A DNA stretch of 32,000 nucleotides. It comes from Bremerella sp. P1. GTDB lineage: Bacteria; Planctomycetota; Planctomycetia; Pirellulales; Pirellulaceae. Each line of letters starts with the position of its first letter. Positions within the stretch are counted from its first letter, which is position 1. The translations under genes and the position numbers were made by a program. Below the pieces are notes generated by a model. It did no database searches, was not told the DNA's origin, and was given only the letters and a program-made list of their open reading frames with translations. Shown here in pieces: positions 1 through 9,431 of the stretch. The DNA is taken from NCBI RefSeq assembly GCF_028748185.1, contig NZ_CP118164.1:3403814-3435813 (forward strand), read 5' to 3'.

Positions 1-2093
1 TCGTGTCCGATTTTCGCTTTGCCACTGGGACGCAGCGGTGTGAGAGCCAGGCCTGTGTTGCCGACCAGGTGACTCAGGTCGACGATCGTTTCGCGGCGGC
101 GAATTTCTTCCATTGCCTCGTCATCCGGAGCATCGAGCATCGTCTGATTCAAGAACGGCGTCTTCGGTAGAACGTGCTTCGCAAAGAAAGCCGCGGCTAT
201 CATTCCAGCAAATAAAACCAGGATCGTACCCAACGAGTATGGTACCTGGTCCAGTTCGTAGTCGGTCGTCGGCCAGATGAATGTCTGCATGGCCAGGACG
301 ATCCCGGCAATGAACATCGCGCCTCCTCCCAAGCCAAATATCCCGAAGCCTGGCAGTACGAGAAGTTCCAGCAAGATGAAGAAGAGGCCACCGATAATCA
401 GCATGGCTTCCAGCCAGCCGGCTGTCCCGTTGAGGAATCGACTCCAGAAGAAGAGCCCAAAGCACATCACCGCCACAAACCCAGGAATGCCCACACCAGG
501 CGCTTTAAACTCGCTGATCAACGCGATCACGCCGATGAACAAGCAGAACATGGCCAAGCCTGGTCTGGCCAGGATTTCAATAAACTGGTGAGCCCAATTC
601 TGCTTGGGGATCTCTAACTCATCAGGCAGGCCGTATCGCCGGGTAACATCGGAAACGCTGCTTGCATCTGCGTCGGCGACGCCCCAATCGAGTGCCTGAG
701 TACCGGTCAATTGCAGCGGTACGTCGGGCTGGGTGATCTCAGGGCCTTGCTTCCACTGATCGGCATCGGGAAGTTCCGCCGCTTCGCGCTCGCTAAGGTA
801 TTTGGTGAGCGTGGTGCCGGGACGTTGGTAGCGGAAGACCTTCAGGTCGGGATCATTCATCGCGCCCCAGACCGACCACGAGCGACTGGCTTCGACCGAG
901 ATCTTGGACAGGTAATTCTCCAGATCAGCTCGGCCTTGCTCGGTATAGCGATAGGTCCCCTCTCCACCGAGTCTGGAATTCGGGGCAATTGCAATCTCGT
1001 CGCAGGCCATCGCAATCAGCGAAGCATTGGAGGAGGCCTCTTCGGTGATCAAAACGACCGTATGCACGGTATCCGGCAAACCGAGAAGGAAGTTGACCAT
1101 GTTCTCGCAAGCGACCGGATCGCCTCCGCGCGACTTGAGCTCGATCAGGACGAAGTTCACGCCGCGCGTGACAGAATCCTGCATGGAAAGAGAGGTTCGC
1201 TGAACCATCCGATTGGAGATCTCGCCATCCATGACGAAGCGAGCCGCTTTCCAGTCTCGGTTGAGTCCCAGGTCTTGCGTGATCTGGTTTTCAGGGATTT
1301 CTAGCAGGTCTGCCAGTTGACGATAGTTTTCACTGACGTGGCTAATCAGTTGCAGGTCTTGCCGCAGCTGATTGGCAGTGAAGAGTGCCATCTTACCCCG
1401 AGGAACGAGTTTCTCGGAAGTTGCGACCTGACCATCATCTTTCAGCTGGGTGTACTCTTCACCACTGACGAAGCGACGATCGTTCACGCGGTAGAGTTCC
1501 AAGCTTGGGTCGAGCATCCCCAACGCCAGTTGCGAGGGCAGGACATTGCGGAACCCGGCGATCTCTTCGTAGGCATGTCGCATCGTGTTGGAAATCGCGG
1601 CTTCGTCGATTCCGGCGTTGCCGAGTTCCGCATCCGGATGCATTACGATCTGTTCGCATGCCAACGGAACGAGAACGGCATGCCCCTCGATCGGCCCCTT
1701 CAGATAAGCAACCGTCTTGAGCCGGGTCGCCTCTTTGGAAGTCAGAAAGCGCGCGATCGCCAGGCTGCGTTCAAATTCGCTGCCGCGCGACTGACCATCC
1801 GGGTCGGCTTCCAGTTCGAGAATCACGACCGGGCGCTCATCCTTGTCCGTGAGCCGAGAGACGAGCTTCTGAAGGCTCTTCTTAACATCGGTATCCACGG
1901 TGCCGCTGATCGGCAACGGAATCTTCAGGCGGACACCCTTTAGCTTCGGGGCCGCCCCTTGATTGGCCTGGTCCTTCTTCTCAGCGGCAAGTTCGTCCTG
2001 TTGGGACAGCACTGCCGAGGGGGACACTATGACTAGAGCCAGGAGCAGAAAAGCTTCTGCCCACCAGATCCAGGTGCCGCGAGCTTTCAACAT
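1..2093 (-). CDS. NfeD family / membrane-bound serine protease (ClpP class), C-terminus cut by window edge
   Basis: My own minus-strand reading (the frame is absent from the ORF track because it runs off the edge). It starts MLKARGTWIWWAEAFLLLLALVIV.., then two ClpP/SppA-like segments (e.g. VLITEEASSNASLIAMACDEIAIAPNSRLGG) and a multi-TM NfeD segment (PGVGIPGFVAVMCFGLFFW.., LVLPGFGIFGLGGGAMFIAG). Confidence 0.88.
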   Translation of the reverse strand, partial: MLKARGTWIWWAEAFLLLALVIVSPSAVLSQQDELAAEKKDQANQGAAPKLKGVRLKIPLPISGTVDTDVKKSLQKLVSRLTDKDERPVVILELEADPDGQSRGSEFERSLAIARFLTSKEATRLKTVAYLKGPIEGHAVLVPLACEQIVMHPDAELGNAGIDEAAISNTMRHAYEEIAGFRNVLPSQLALGMLDPSLELYRVNDRRFVSGEEYTQLKDDGQVATSEKLVPRGKMALFTANQLRQDLQLISHVSENYRQLADLLEIPENQITQDLGLNRDWKAARFVMDGEISNRMVQRTSLSMQDSVTRGVNFVLIELKSRGGDPVACENMVNFLLGLPDTVHTVVLITEEASSNASLIAMACDEIAIAPNSRLGGEGTYRYTEQGRADLENYLSKISVEASRSWSVWGAMNDPDLKVFRYQRPGTTLTKYLSEREAAELPDADQWKQGPEITQPDVPLQLTGTQALDWGVADADASSVSDVTRRYGLPDELEIPKQNWAHQFIEILARPGLAMFCLFIGVIALISEFKAPGVGIPGFVAVMCFGLFFWSRFLNGTAGWLEAMLIIGGLFFILLELLVLPGFGIFGLGGGAMFIAGIVLAMQTFIWPTTDYELDQVPYSLGTILVLFAGMIAAAFFAKHVLPKTPFLNQTMLDAPDDEAMEEIRRRETIVDLSHLVGNTGLALTPLRPSGKAKIGH

Positions 2094-2188
2094 CCGGGGA
2101 CCTATCTACGCAGGAAATGAGCGCTAGAACTAGCGTTCCTATTCTTAGATAACTGAATTATAGCGCGTGACGAAACAGGGCAAAAGAA

Positions 2189-2234
2189 AATCCACCTTTC
2201 CGATTCATGAAGTAATCGAGAAGGTGGATTTTGT
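2189..2234 (-). terminator. Candidate intrinsic terminator downstream of the TIGR03009-like gene
   Basis: 12-bp perfect arms AAAATCCACCTT / AAGGTGGATTTT with a 22-nt loop. On the minus strand the stem is followed by a T-rich stretch (TTTTCTTTTG). Confidence 0.6.
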
Positions 2235-2265
2235 GCGAATTAAGGCGATTTAGGCGGAATACACT

Positions 2266-3318
2266 TTAGCGAGGAATCGCCTGATTGGGACGAACCGCGT
2301 TGGCGGGTCCTTGCGGCTGTTGCTGAGCCCCAGGCGTCTGCTGAACGACTCGCTGCCAACCGCTGGGCAGTTGCGGCTGGTAGAACGAGCGTTTGAACAT
2401 CGCCTGCAGGCTGGCCGTCAGGCCTCCTTCTTCGTACGTCTTACGATCCGAAAACTGGTAGACCGTTCGCGAGTAGTTCGGCATGTTCGGTGGCGTGGCA
2501 TTCGGATTGTAGTTCCGGTCAAACACCGAGATGGCAAACGGCAGGAATTCTTCCCGATCGATCAGGATATCGATGTAGCGGTACTCGGCGGCATCTTGAG
2601 GACGCTTTGGCCATGCTTCCAGCCAGTATTCGTTGGGGTTGTTTGTTTGGTAAGGGGAGACACGTAGATGAAAGCGTTCTTTGATCTCTTCCTTTTTGGC
2701 ACCAAACAAAAATGGCAGAGGGCCATTGGTGATCGCCTGACCTTGTTGTTCTGGCGGTAGCGGCCAGATTTTCAGCTGCTTGGCAGCGACATCAAACTCG
2801 AAGATCGAAGCACCATCACAAACCCAGTGTTCCAGGACTTCGCTGGGACGGAACTCGTAGGTCGCCGGCTTGCCAGCTTCTTTGGCCGGCGTGAAATGCT
2901 GGATCGATTCGACTTTGAACAAGCCTTTGTCAGGCTGCTCGTACTTGATGGTGCCTTTGCTGTAGGTCTTGTGTGTATTGGCAGGGCCGAAGACCGAATC
3001 ATACTCCCAACGTTCAAAGTTAGCTTCGTAGTGATTGACCTTCTTACTGCGGAATTCCCAGAACTGCAGGATGTCGTCGATGTACTTCTGTTCCTGCGGA
3101 GTGACCTGGAACGGAGCCGGAATCATCTGGCCTTGGCCGGCTTGGGCCTGACCGCCAACCATGCCTGGCTGAAGATTCTGTTGCTGCGGATTGACCTGCT
3201 GCCCATTCTGGGCCAGTCCCAGAGGTTGGCCGGTGCCAGATTGAACCTGGGCAAAGCTGTTGCTGCTGACGAGGCCAACCATGGCCATGCACGCCGCGAG
3301 GAAGATTCCATTCTTCAT
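2266..3318 (-). CDS. Planctomycete TIGR03009-like secreted protein
   Basis: The ORF extends to 3351, but MKNGIFLAACMAMVGLVSSNSFAQ at 3318 gives a clean signal peptide. Conserved-looking core ANFERWEYDSVFGP...YEFRPSEVLEHWVCDGASIFEFD. Family assigned from memory. Confidence 0.75.
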   Translation of the reverse strand: MKNGIFLAACMAMVGLVSSNSFAQVQSGTGQPLGLAQNGQQVNPQQQNLQPGMVGGQAQAGQGQMIPAPFQVTPQEQKYIDDILQFWEFRSKKVNHYEANFERWEYDSVFGPANTHKTYSKGTIKYEQPDKGLFKVESIQHFTPAKEAGKPATYEFRPSEVLEHWVCDGASIFEFDVAAKQLKIWPLPPEQQGQAITNGPLPFLFGAKKEEIKERFHLRVSPYQTNNPNEYWLEAWPKRPQDAAEYRYIDILIDREEFLPFAISVFDRNYNPNATPPNMPNYSRTVYQFSDRKTYEEGGLTASLQAMFKRSFYQPQLPSGWQRVVQQTPGAQQQPQGPANAVRPNQAIPR

Positions 3319-3414
3319 CGAGGATTTCCGCTTTTGAGGGGGACCAAACACGACTGGGATGCCCCAGCCGATGGGGAAACGAGCCTGGATCGTATCACAT
3401 TGCCTGCATGCGAC

Positions 3415-4032
3415 CTAGATCGAATCTTCCCGCGGAGCTAGCAGGTGATAAAGCTCGTCGAAATGGGTCGCAACGTGCGTGGCAAGCTCGCTGCCGTCTA
3501 CGCTCGCGGGGTCTTTTCCTTCGGTAAAGAGAACGCTCGGACAGCCGGCGTTAATGGCCGATTGAATGTCGAGATCGTAGTCTCCCACCATCACGACCTC
3601 GTCGACGGTGAACTTCCAGCGGCGACAAATCTCGAGGATCGCCCACGGGTCAGGTTTGTGGGGGCCATCTTCCCGGCAGATGACGATGTCGAAGTAGTGT
3701 CCAATATTTAGAAACTTTAATGTGTGCCGAGTGGTCGCCGTACTGTTGCGTGTTACGATCGCCATCGGTCGACCCTCTCGAGCTAAAGCTTTCAGCAAGC
3801 GATCGGCTCCATCGATTATCGAGGCCCGGTTTGCACCCTCCATCTCATGGCGATGAAGAATCACTTCTTTCGCTGCTCGCTCGTCTTGGGACAGTTCGTC
3901 CAACTGCTCTAAGATAGGAATGCCAGGCTGCAGCCCCATATCGGCCTTCATTGCGGAAAAGTCGAGACCCGAATCGACCAGGGTCCCGTCCATATCGAAG
4001 ATGATGCCTTTGAGATGGGAAAGTGCCGTCAT
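3415..4032 (-). CDS. HAD-superfamily hydrolase (phosphoglycolate phosphatase-like)
   Basis: HAD motifs FDMDGTLVDS, IVTRNS, KPDPWAI and MVGDYDLDIQSAINAG. Confidence 0.9.
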   Translation of the reverse strand: MTALSHLKGIIFDMDGTLVDSGLDFSAMKADMGLQPGIPILEQLDELSQDERAAKEVILHRHEMEGANRASIIDGADRLLKALAREGRPMAIVTRNSTATTRHTLKFLNIGHYFDIVICREDGPHKPDPWAILEICRRWKFTVDEVVMVGDYDLDIQSAINAGCPSVLFTEGKDPASVDGSELATHVATHFDELYHLLAPREDSI

Positions 4033-4104
4033 GGTGAGTTGCTGTACTGCGAGTGTATGTAAAGAATCATGTTCCCTCGCCCGCTAGGGACAAGGCCATA
4101 AGAC

Positions 4105-5115
4105 TTGAAAGGAAACTCTGTGGAAGTTGCTGTCTTTGGAACGAAATCGTACGACCGTCAGTTTCTCCAGGCAGCGGCCCATGGGACCGATATCGAGTGG
4201 AGTTTTATTGAGCCTCGTCTGACGGAGACCACGGCACCCTTGGCCTCCCCTTTCGAGGCGATCTGCTGTTTCGTCAACGACGAGATCTCCGCAGGTGTGC
4301 TGCAAAAGTTGGCCGACGGGAAAACCAAACTAATCGCGATGCGCTGTGCCGGCTACAACAACATTGACCTGCCCGTGGCTCAGCAGCTGGGGATCCAAGT
4401 TGCTCGAGTCCCGGCATACAGCCCTTACGCTGTCGCTGAACATGCCGCTGGTTTAATCCTGACGCTCAACCGTAAATACCACAAGGCGTACAACCGAGTT
4501 CGTGAAGGGGATTTCTCGCTGGGCGGTCTGCTGGGCTTTGATCTACATGGCAAAACGGTCGGCGTGATTGGTACCGGCAAGATTGGCCAGATTTTCGCCC
4601 GGATCATGCACGGATTCGGGTGTGAACTGCTCGCTTACGATGTCCATCCGGCAGAGGAATGTCAGAAGCTCGGTGTGAAGTATGAAGCCCTGGAAGAGGT
4701 GCTTGCCCAAAGCGATATTATCTCGCTGCACTGTCCGCTGCTGCCGGCGACCAAGCATTTGATCGACGACCAGGCGATTGCCAAGCTGAAACCAGGGGCC
4801 ATGATCATCAACACCAGTCGCGGCGGCCTGATCGATACCAAAGCCGCGATCGGTGGTCTGAAGTCTGGTCAGATTGGCTCGCTGGGTATCGACGTCTACG
4901 AAGAAGAAGCCGACCTGTTCTTCGAGGACATGTCGGAGTCGGTTATTCAAGACGACGTTTTTGCCCGGCTGGTGACGTTTCCCAATGTCCTTGTGACCGG
5001 TCACCAGGGCTTCTTCACGCAAAACGCTTTGGAGGCGATCGCCAATGTGACGGTCGAAAATTTGAAGCAGTTCTCCGCCGGCGAAAACCTGGCCAATCAG
5101 GTGAAGGTGAGCTAG
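4105..5115 (+). CDS. D-2-hydroxyacid dehydrogenase (D-lactate dehydrogenase-like)
   Basis: KTVGVIGTGKIGQIFARIMHGFG Rossmann motif, AMRCAGYNNIDL, NTSRGGLIDTKA, GLGID..E and GHQGFFTQNAL, all typical of the LdhA branch. The start is a TTG at 4105; a GTG at 4120 is possible. Confidence 0.9.
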   Translation: MKGNSVEVAVFGTKSYDRQFLQAAAHGTDIEWSFIEPRLTETTAPLASPFEAICCFVNDEISAGVLQKLADGKTKLIAMRCAGYNNIDLPVAQQLGIQVARVPAYSPYAVAEHAAGLILTLNRKYHKAYNRVREGDFSLGGLLGFDLHGKTVGVIGTGKIGQIFARIMHGFGCELLAYDVHPAEECQKLGVKYEALEEVLAQSDIISLHCPLLPATKHLIDDQAIAKLKPGAMIINTSRGGLIDTKAAIGGLKSGQIGSLGIDVYEEEADLFFEDMSESVIQDDVFARLVTFPNVLVTGHQGFFTQNALEAIANVTVENLKQFSAGENLANQVKVS

Positions 5116-5126
5116 TTACGCGGCAT

Positions 5127-5597
5127 TCAGAGGATCACGCTGGCCAGCTTCAGTATCGCATCGAACTCTTTCTTCTTCACCGGCTGAACCGAAAGGCGCG
5201 AGCCTTTGCGCATGAGCTCCATGTCGGAAAGTGCCTTCACGCCGGTAAGTTCATTACGCCCCAGCGGTTCGGGGAACTTCTTTTTAAGCTTGATATCGAC
5301 CATGAACCACCGCGGCTTCTCTGGGGTGCTCTTTGGGTCGTAGTGGTGGTCGTTTTCGTCCCAAGAGGTGAAGTCGGGATAGCTTTCCTTCACCACTTCC
5401 GCCACGCCGACAATCGCCGGTGGGTTGGCATTGGAGTGGTAGAAGAGCACCAGGTCCCCCTTCTTCATGTCGTCTCGCATGAAATTCCGGGCCTGGTAAT
5501 TGCGTACACCGGACCAGAAGGTGGTCTTCTTCTTTTCCTTGGCCAGATCATCGATCGAGTACGATTCTGGCTCCGTTTTCATTAACCAGTAATTCAT
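5127..5597 (-). CDS. EVE domain-containing protein
   Basis: MNYWLMKTEPESYSIDDL...FWSGVRNYQARNFMRDDMKKGDLVLFYHSNANPPAIVGVAEVV is diagnostic of the EVE fold. Confidence 0.93.
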   Translation of the reverse strand: MNYWLMKTEPESYSIDDLAKEKKKTTFWSGVRNYQARNFMRDDMKKGDLVLFYHSNANPPAIVGVAEVVKESYPDFTSWDENDHHYDPKSTPEKPRWFMVDIKLKKKFPEPLGRNELTGVKALSDMELMRKGSRLSVQPVKKKEFDAILKLASVIL

Positions 5598-5784
5598 CGT
5601 TTGGTGCTATCACTTGGAGATTGGGCCGCGAATGCCGGCAGTTTTCATGTTTTATCCGGAACCGATAGAATAAACGACTCGACCATTGTTTGTCATGGGG
5701 CGCAAGCCGAGGTTGACTCACGCTCGACAATTCGGGAAAACGTCGCTCCCACTCCCTTCGTGGTCCCCTTAAGAGCTATCCCCG

Positions 5785-6693
5785 TTGAAAAGCAGGACGC
5801 AAAAAAGCGACGAAGTCTTAGCCATCCCCATGTTTGTGGCGACGGTGGCGATCCTTTCGTTCTTTGCGCTCACCGTCCAGGAGTTCATGACGCGGGAAGA
5901 GCATTTCTATGTCCCGCGGCTGATGGCCTTCTTCTGGCTGACGCTGGCCATGTACCCGATTTTTTGGGCGGAATCACTCTGGCACTTTGCGATCGATAGT
6001 CCTCGCAAATGGAAAACGCTCTACGCATGTGTCCTGCCACCACTGCGATTGGCCCGGCGAGACATGGAGGATGGCTCTCGGATGTGGCTGCCCATTTTGG
6101 GATGGCGACACATCGATGAAGACCTGCACGAAGAGGTCGAACGAGACCTGAGCGTGCCGATGATTATCGTGGCTGTCATGATCCTTCCGCTGCTGGCAAT
6201 GGATTTCGTATGGACCGCGCAGCTCGAGCGTTCGCGTGAATTGCAAATCGTGGTCGAGACAGGCTACAGCATCACTTGGCTGGCATTCACGATGGAATTC
6301 ATCGTGATGTTCTCGATCGTCGACAAGAAGATGCTTTACTTGAAGACCCATTGGGTCGACTTGCTCATTATCTGTCTGCCGCTGATCGCCTTTCTCCGGG
6401 CCTTCCGCGTTACCCAACTTGTGCGTCTGCAGCAGGTAACTCGAGCGACGCGTGTCTACCGGATGCGTGGCCTGGCGCTGCGTGTGTGGCGAGGACTCTT
6501 GGCGATGGACGTGATCAGTCGCCTGGCGCGTATGACGCCCGAGGCGAAGATCGAAACGCTGAAGAAGATGATCCAGGAGAAGGAACGCGAGATCGAAGAC
6601 CTCGAAGAGGAGATCACCGATCTGGAAACGCAGATCCAGCCGAAGCCTGAGGACGAGGCCGCTCAGGAAATCCGCGAGGGGGAAGCGGCCTAG
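5785..6693 (+). CDS. Membrane protein with a voltage-sensor-like four-helix region and C-terminal coiled coil, no recognisable pore
   Basis: Start is a TTG at 5785 or an ATG at 5830. Hydrophobic helices followed by FTMEFIVMF..DKKMLYLKTHWVDLLIICLPLIAFLRAFRVTQLVRLQQVTRATRVYRMRG (S2-S3-S4-like), then a charged heptad-rich tail KIETLKKMIQEKEREIEDLEEEITDLETQI. Confidence 0.75.
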   Translation: MKSRTQKSDEVLAIPMFVATVAILSFFALTVQEFMTREEHFYVPRLMAFFWLTLAMYPIFWAESLWHFAIDSPRKWKTLYACVLPPLRLARRDMEDGSRMWLPILGWRHIDEDLHEEVERDLSVPMIIVAVMILPLLAMDFVWTAQLERSRELQIVVETGYSITWLAFTMEFIVMFSIVDKKMLYLKTHWVDLLIICLPLIAFLRAFRVTQLVRLQQVTRATRVYRMRGLALRVWRGLLAMDVISRLARMTPEAKIETLKKMIQEKEREIEDLEEEITDLETQIQPKPEDEAAQEIREGEAA

Positions 6694-6746
6694 GGGTTTT
6701 CAATCGAAGCAATAGCAACCACGCGCATCCGCGGCTGCTTCGCCTG

Positions 6747-7439
6747 TTACTTTTCTTTGAGCGGCGACTTGTCGAGTTCTTCCTTGCCGTCCAGCTCACG
6801 CAGACGAATGCTACGGTACCAGACTGGGTCGCCGTGATCTTGAAGCTTTAGCTTCGCTCCACGATCAGCAAGCTTGGCGCCACGCTTTCTCAGCTTTTCC
6901 ACCTGTTGGGCAAGCTCGGGATTGGTGTAGTCGATGTCGACGACTTTCTCGCCGTTGAGCCAATGCTGGATGACGGTACCCTGGCAGACGATTCGCCCGG
7001 TGTTCCACTGGCCCGGCTCTTTGGTGGCATCATGCGAAGGCGCGATGCAGTAGTAGAGAGATGCGGCGGACGTGTCAGGCGTCTTGCCGTCACGATGCTT
7101 CTGGTTGTCGAGAATCTGGTACTCGTACTGACCAGGTCGATAGTAAACCCCGCTATTGCTGCCTGGAGCGACTTTCCACTCGAAGCGAAGTTCGAAGTCG
7201 TCTGGGATGGGCTTCACGTCGTAGATGATATCGCCGCCGCGGCCCGTTCGTTCGATAACGCCGTCGGTGGCCTTCCAATTGCCGTTCTGCTTCCAGCCTT
7301 CGAGGTCTGCTCCGTTGAAGAGTAGCTCGAAGCCTTGAGCTTTCTCATCGGGAGTTAGGTGGTTGGCTTCCTCGGCGCACAGCAGTGCCGTGGAGGCAGC
7401 GGTAAGGATCAGGGAAAGACACAAGCTAAGTCGATGCAT
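6747..7439 (-). CDS. DUF1080 (3-keto-disaccharide hydrolase / LamG-like) secreted protein
   Basis: MHRLSLCLSLILTAASTALLCAEE signal peptide. GFELLFNGADLEGWKQNG...DFELRFEWKVAPGSNSGVYYR is the classic DUF1080 motif. Confidence 0.92.
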   Translation of the reverse strand: MHRLSLCLSLILTAASTALLCAEEANHLTPDEKAQGFELLFNGADLEGWKQNGNWKATDGVIERTGRGGDIIYDVKPIPDDFELRFEWKVAPGSNSGVYYRPGQYEYQILDNQKHRDGKTPDTSAASLYYCIAPSHDATKEPGQWNTGRIVCQGTVIQHWLNGEKVVDIDYTNPELAQQVEKLRKRGAKLADRGAKLKLQDHGDPVWYRSIRLRELDGKEELDKSPLKEK

Positions 7440-7518
7440 GGGTGGGACCTTCTTGAAGTGAGTAGGAGTAGGCGTCACTTGGGACGACTCGCAAAACCTC
7501 ACGAAGATCCCAAATGCA

Positions 7519-8376
7519 TTAGCTCATGGTATGTTCCACGAAAAGCGCTTTCAACTTTCTGGTAATCGGGCCAGGCTTGCCGTCGCCGATTTCACGGTCG
7601 TCGACCTTCACCACACCAATCACTTCCGCGGCCGTACCGGTCATGAAGCACTCGTCAGCAACGTAGATGTCGTGACGGGTGAGCGTCTTCTCGAAGGTCG
7701 GAATACCGGCTGCTTGGGCCAATTCCAGGACGACATCGCGGGTGACGCCTTCCAGAATGCCGGCGTCGGTCGGTGGCGTCAGTAGGTTGCCGTCACGGAC
7801 GATGAAGATGTTATCCGCTGTGCACTCGGAAACTTCACCCTTGTGATTCAGCATCAAGGCTTCCAGGCAACCTGCGTTGCTGGCTTCGATCTTGGCCATG
7901 ATGTTGTTTAAGTAGTTCAGCGACTTGATCCGCGGCGAGAGGGCTGCTGGATGGTTGCGGATGGTCGCGGCCGTGATGATGGCCAATCCGTTGTCGTAGA
8001 ACTCTTGGGGGTAGAGCTTGATCTTGTCGACGATGATGATCACCTGGGGGTTTTCGGTTCGTTCAGGACCGAGCCCCAGCGTACCGGCACCACGCGTGAC
8101 GACCAATCGAATGTACCCATCGGTGAATTCGCTTTGCTTGACCGTTTCCAGGCAGGCCTCGGTGATTTCAGCCGTCGTCATCGGGATTTTCAGACAGATG
8201 GCCTTCGCCGAGTCGTAAAGCCGATCGATATGCTGTTCTAGGCGAAAGATCTTGCCGTTGTAGATCCGCAGACCTTCAAATACCCCGTCCCCGTACAACA
8301 GGCCATGATCAAAAACACTGACCATGGCTTCGTTGGGGGCGAAAAACTTCCCGTTGATATAGACTTTCGCGGACAT
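7519..8376 (-). CDS. ilvE: Branched-chain amino acid aminotransferase
   Basis: MSAKVYINGKFFAPNEAMVSVFDHGLLYGDGVFEGLRIYNG..., KSLNYLNNIMAKIEA and ECFMTGTAAEVIGV: class IV PLP aminotransferase, ilvE type. Confidence 0.93.
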   Translation of the reverse strand: MSAKVYINGKFFAPNEAMVSVFDHGLLYGDGVFEGLRIYNGKIFRLEQHIDRLYDSAKAICLKIPMTTAEITEACLETVKQSEFTDGYIRLVVTRGAGTLGLGPERTENPQVIIIVDKIKLYPQEFYDNGLAIITAATIRNHPAALSPRIKSLNYLNNIMAKIEASNAGCLEALMLNHKGEVSECTADNIFIVRDGNLLTPPTDAGILEGVTRDVVLELAQAAGIPTFEKTLTRHDIYVADECFMTGTAAEVIGVVKVDDREIGDGKPGPITRKLKALFVEHTMS

Positions 8377-8582
8377 GGGTATCTTACTGGGAGATTCGGG
8401 GTGTGGGGTGGAAACTCGCATTATACCCTAATCCTATGATGTTGCCCTAGAGCCCCCTGAGGGTCTCCCAGCCGGGAGTATTAAACTTCATACTTCCAGC
8501 AGACAGTCGAATTAGGGCGAGGTTCAGGACCTGCCAGAGTTTTGATAGAAAGAGCTGCCGTGGCCCAATAGGGGGGGGGTGG

Positions 8583-9218
8583 CTAGATGATGTTGATCGA
8601 CTTGCGGATCTCGGCCTGAACGATATCTACGGCCTGGGTTCCGTCGACCTCGACGACCAATTCCTTGCGGCGGAAGATTTCCAGCACCGGCTTGGTCTTC
8701 TCGTGGTATTCGGCCAGGCGATTGGCCAGAACTTCTTCGGTATCGTCTGCCCGGCGGATCAGCTTTCCGCCACAGATATCGCAGCGACCTTCGATCTTCG
8801 GACGGTGATCGATCACGTTGAAGTCGACGCCGCAGTCTTCGCACAGTCGCCGCGCGAGGACCCGCTTCTTGATCACATCGTCCGGAACCACGATGTGGAC
8901 GACGGCATCGATGTCGTAGCTTTCCAGGAAAAACGCGGCCTGATTGGCGTTGCGGGGAAAGCCGTCCAGGATGAAGCCAAAGTTCCAGTCGTGTTCCTGC
9001 AGACGACGCTGGACGATCTCCTCGACGATTTCGTCATCGACCAACTTGCCGGCGTTGAGAATACGCTTAATCTTTGCCGCTAACTTGGTGTGGTTCTTGA
9101 TGTTCCATCGCAAGATATCCCCGACACCAATGTGAGTCAGGTCGAGGTGCTGTTCTAATAGTTTGGCCTGAGTTCCTTTGCCGGAACCCTGTACGCCCAT
9201 GAACACATATTTGTGCAT
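8583..9218 (-). CDS. adk: Adenylate kinase, zinc-lid form
   Basis: FMGVQGSGKGTQAKLL P-loop, FILDGFPRN, and a four-Cys lid CEDCG...CDICGG. Confidence 0.93.
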   Translation of the reverse strand: MHKYVFMGVQGSGKGTQAKLLEQHLDLTHIGVGDILRWNIKNHTKLAAKIKRILNAGKLVDDEIVEEIVQRRLQEHDWNFGFILDGFPRNANQAAFFLESYDIDAVVHIVVPDDVIKKRVLARRLCEDCGVDFNVIDHRPKIEGRCDICGGKLIRRADDTEEVLANRLAEYHEKTKPVLEIFRRKELVVEVDGTQAVDIVQAEIRKSINII

Positions 9219-9394
9219 GGCGACGTCCTTGCGAAATCAATCAAGTCGTGGGGAATTTTTTATAGCAAGCCGTAGATTGTAGTGCTTTCAGAGTCTCAGC
9301 GGAATTGGCAAACGCGGGAAATATGGGGCAGACGTGCGAAGCGTGGCCAGTCGCGAAGAACGCATCGTCAAATAGGCATAGCTCAGACAAGATT

Positions 9395-9425
9395 CCTGGG
9401 CACCAATCCGTGGATTGCACCCAGG
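9395..9425 (-). terminator. Stem-loop just downstream of the AHSQG hydrolase gene
   Basis: CCTGGGCACCAAT..ATTGCACCCAGG imperfect inverted repeat directly after the stop codon at 9432-9434. Only a weak T-tract follows. Confidence 0.35.
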
Positions 9426-9431
9426 CTTGCG

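Noticed and set aside
277-1943. Plus-strand ORFs 277-591, 711-1304 and 1317-1943 (up to 208 aa).
   Set aside because: They are antisense to a continuous minus-strand NfeD/ClpP-class gene with clear motifs; their sequences look low-complexity and family-less.
8571-8579. A run of about nine G directly downstream of the adk stop.
   Set aside because: It is outside the coding sequence, so slippage would not change the protein; no partner element seen. Possibly only a sequencing-prone homopolymer.
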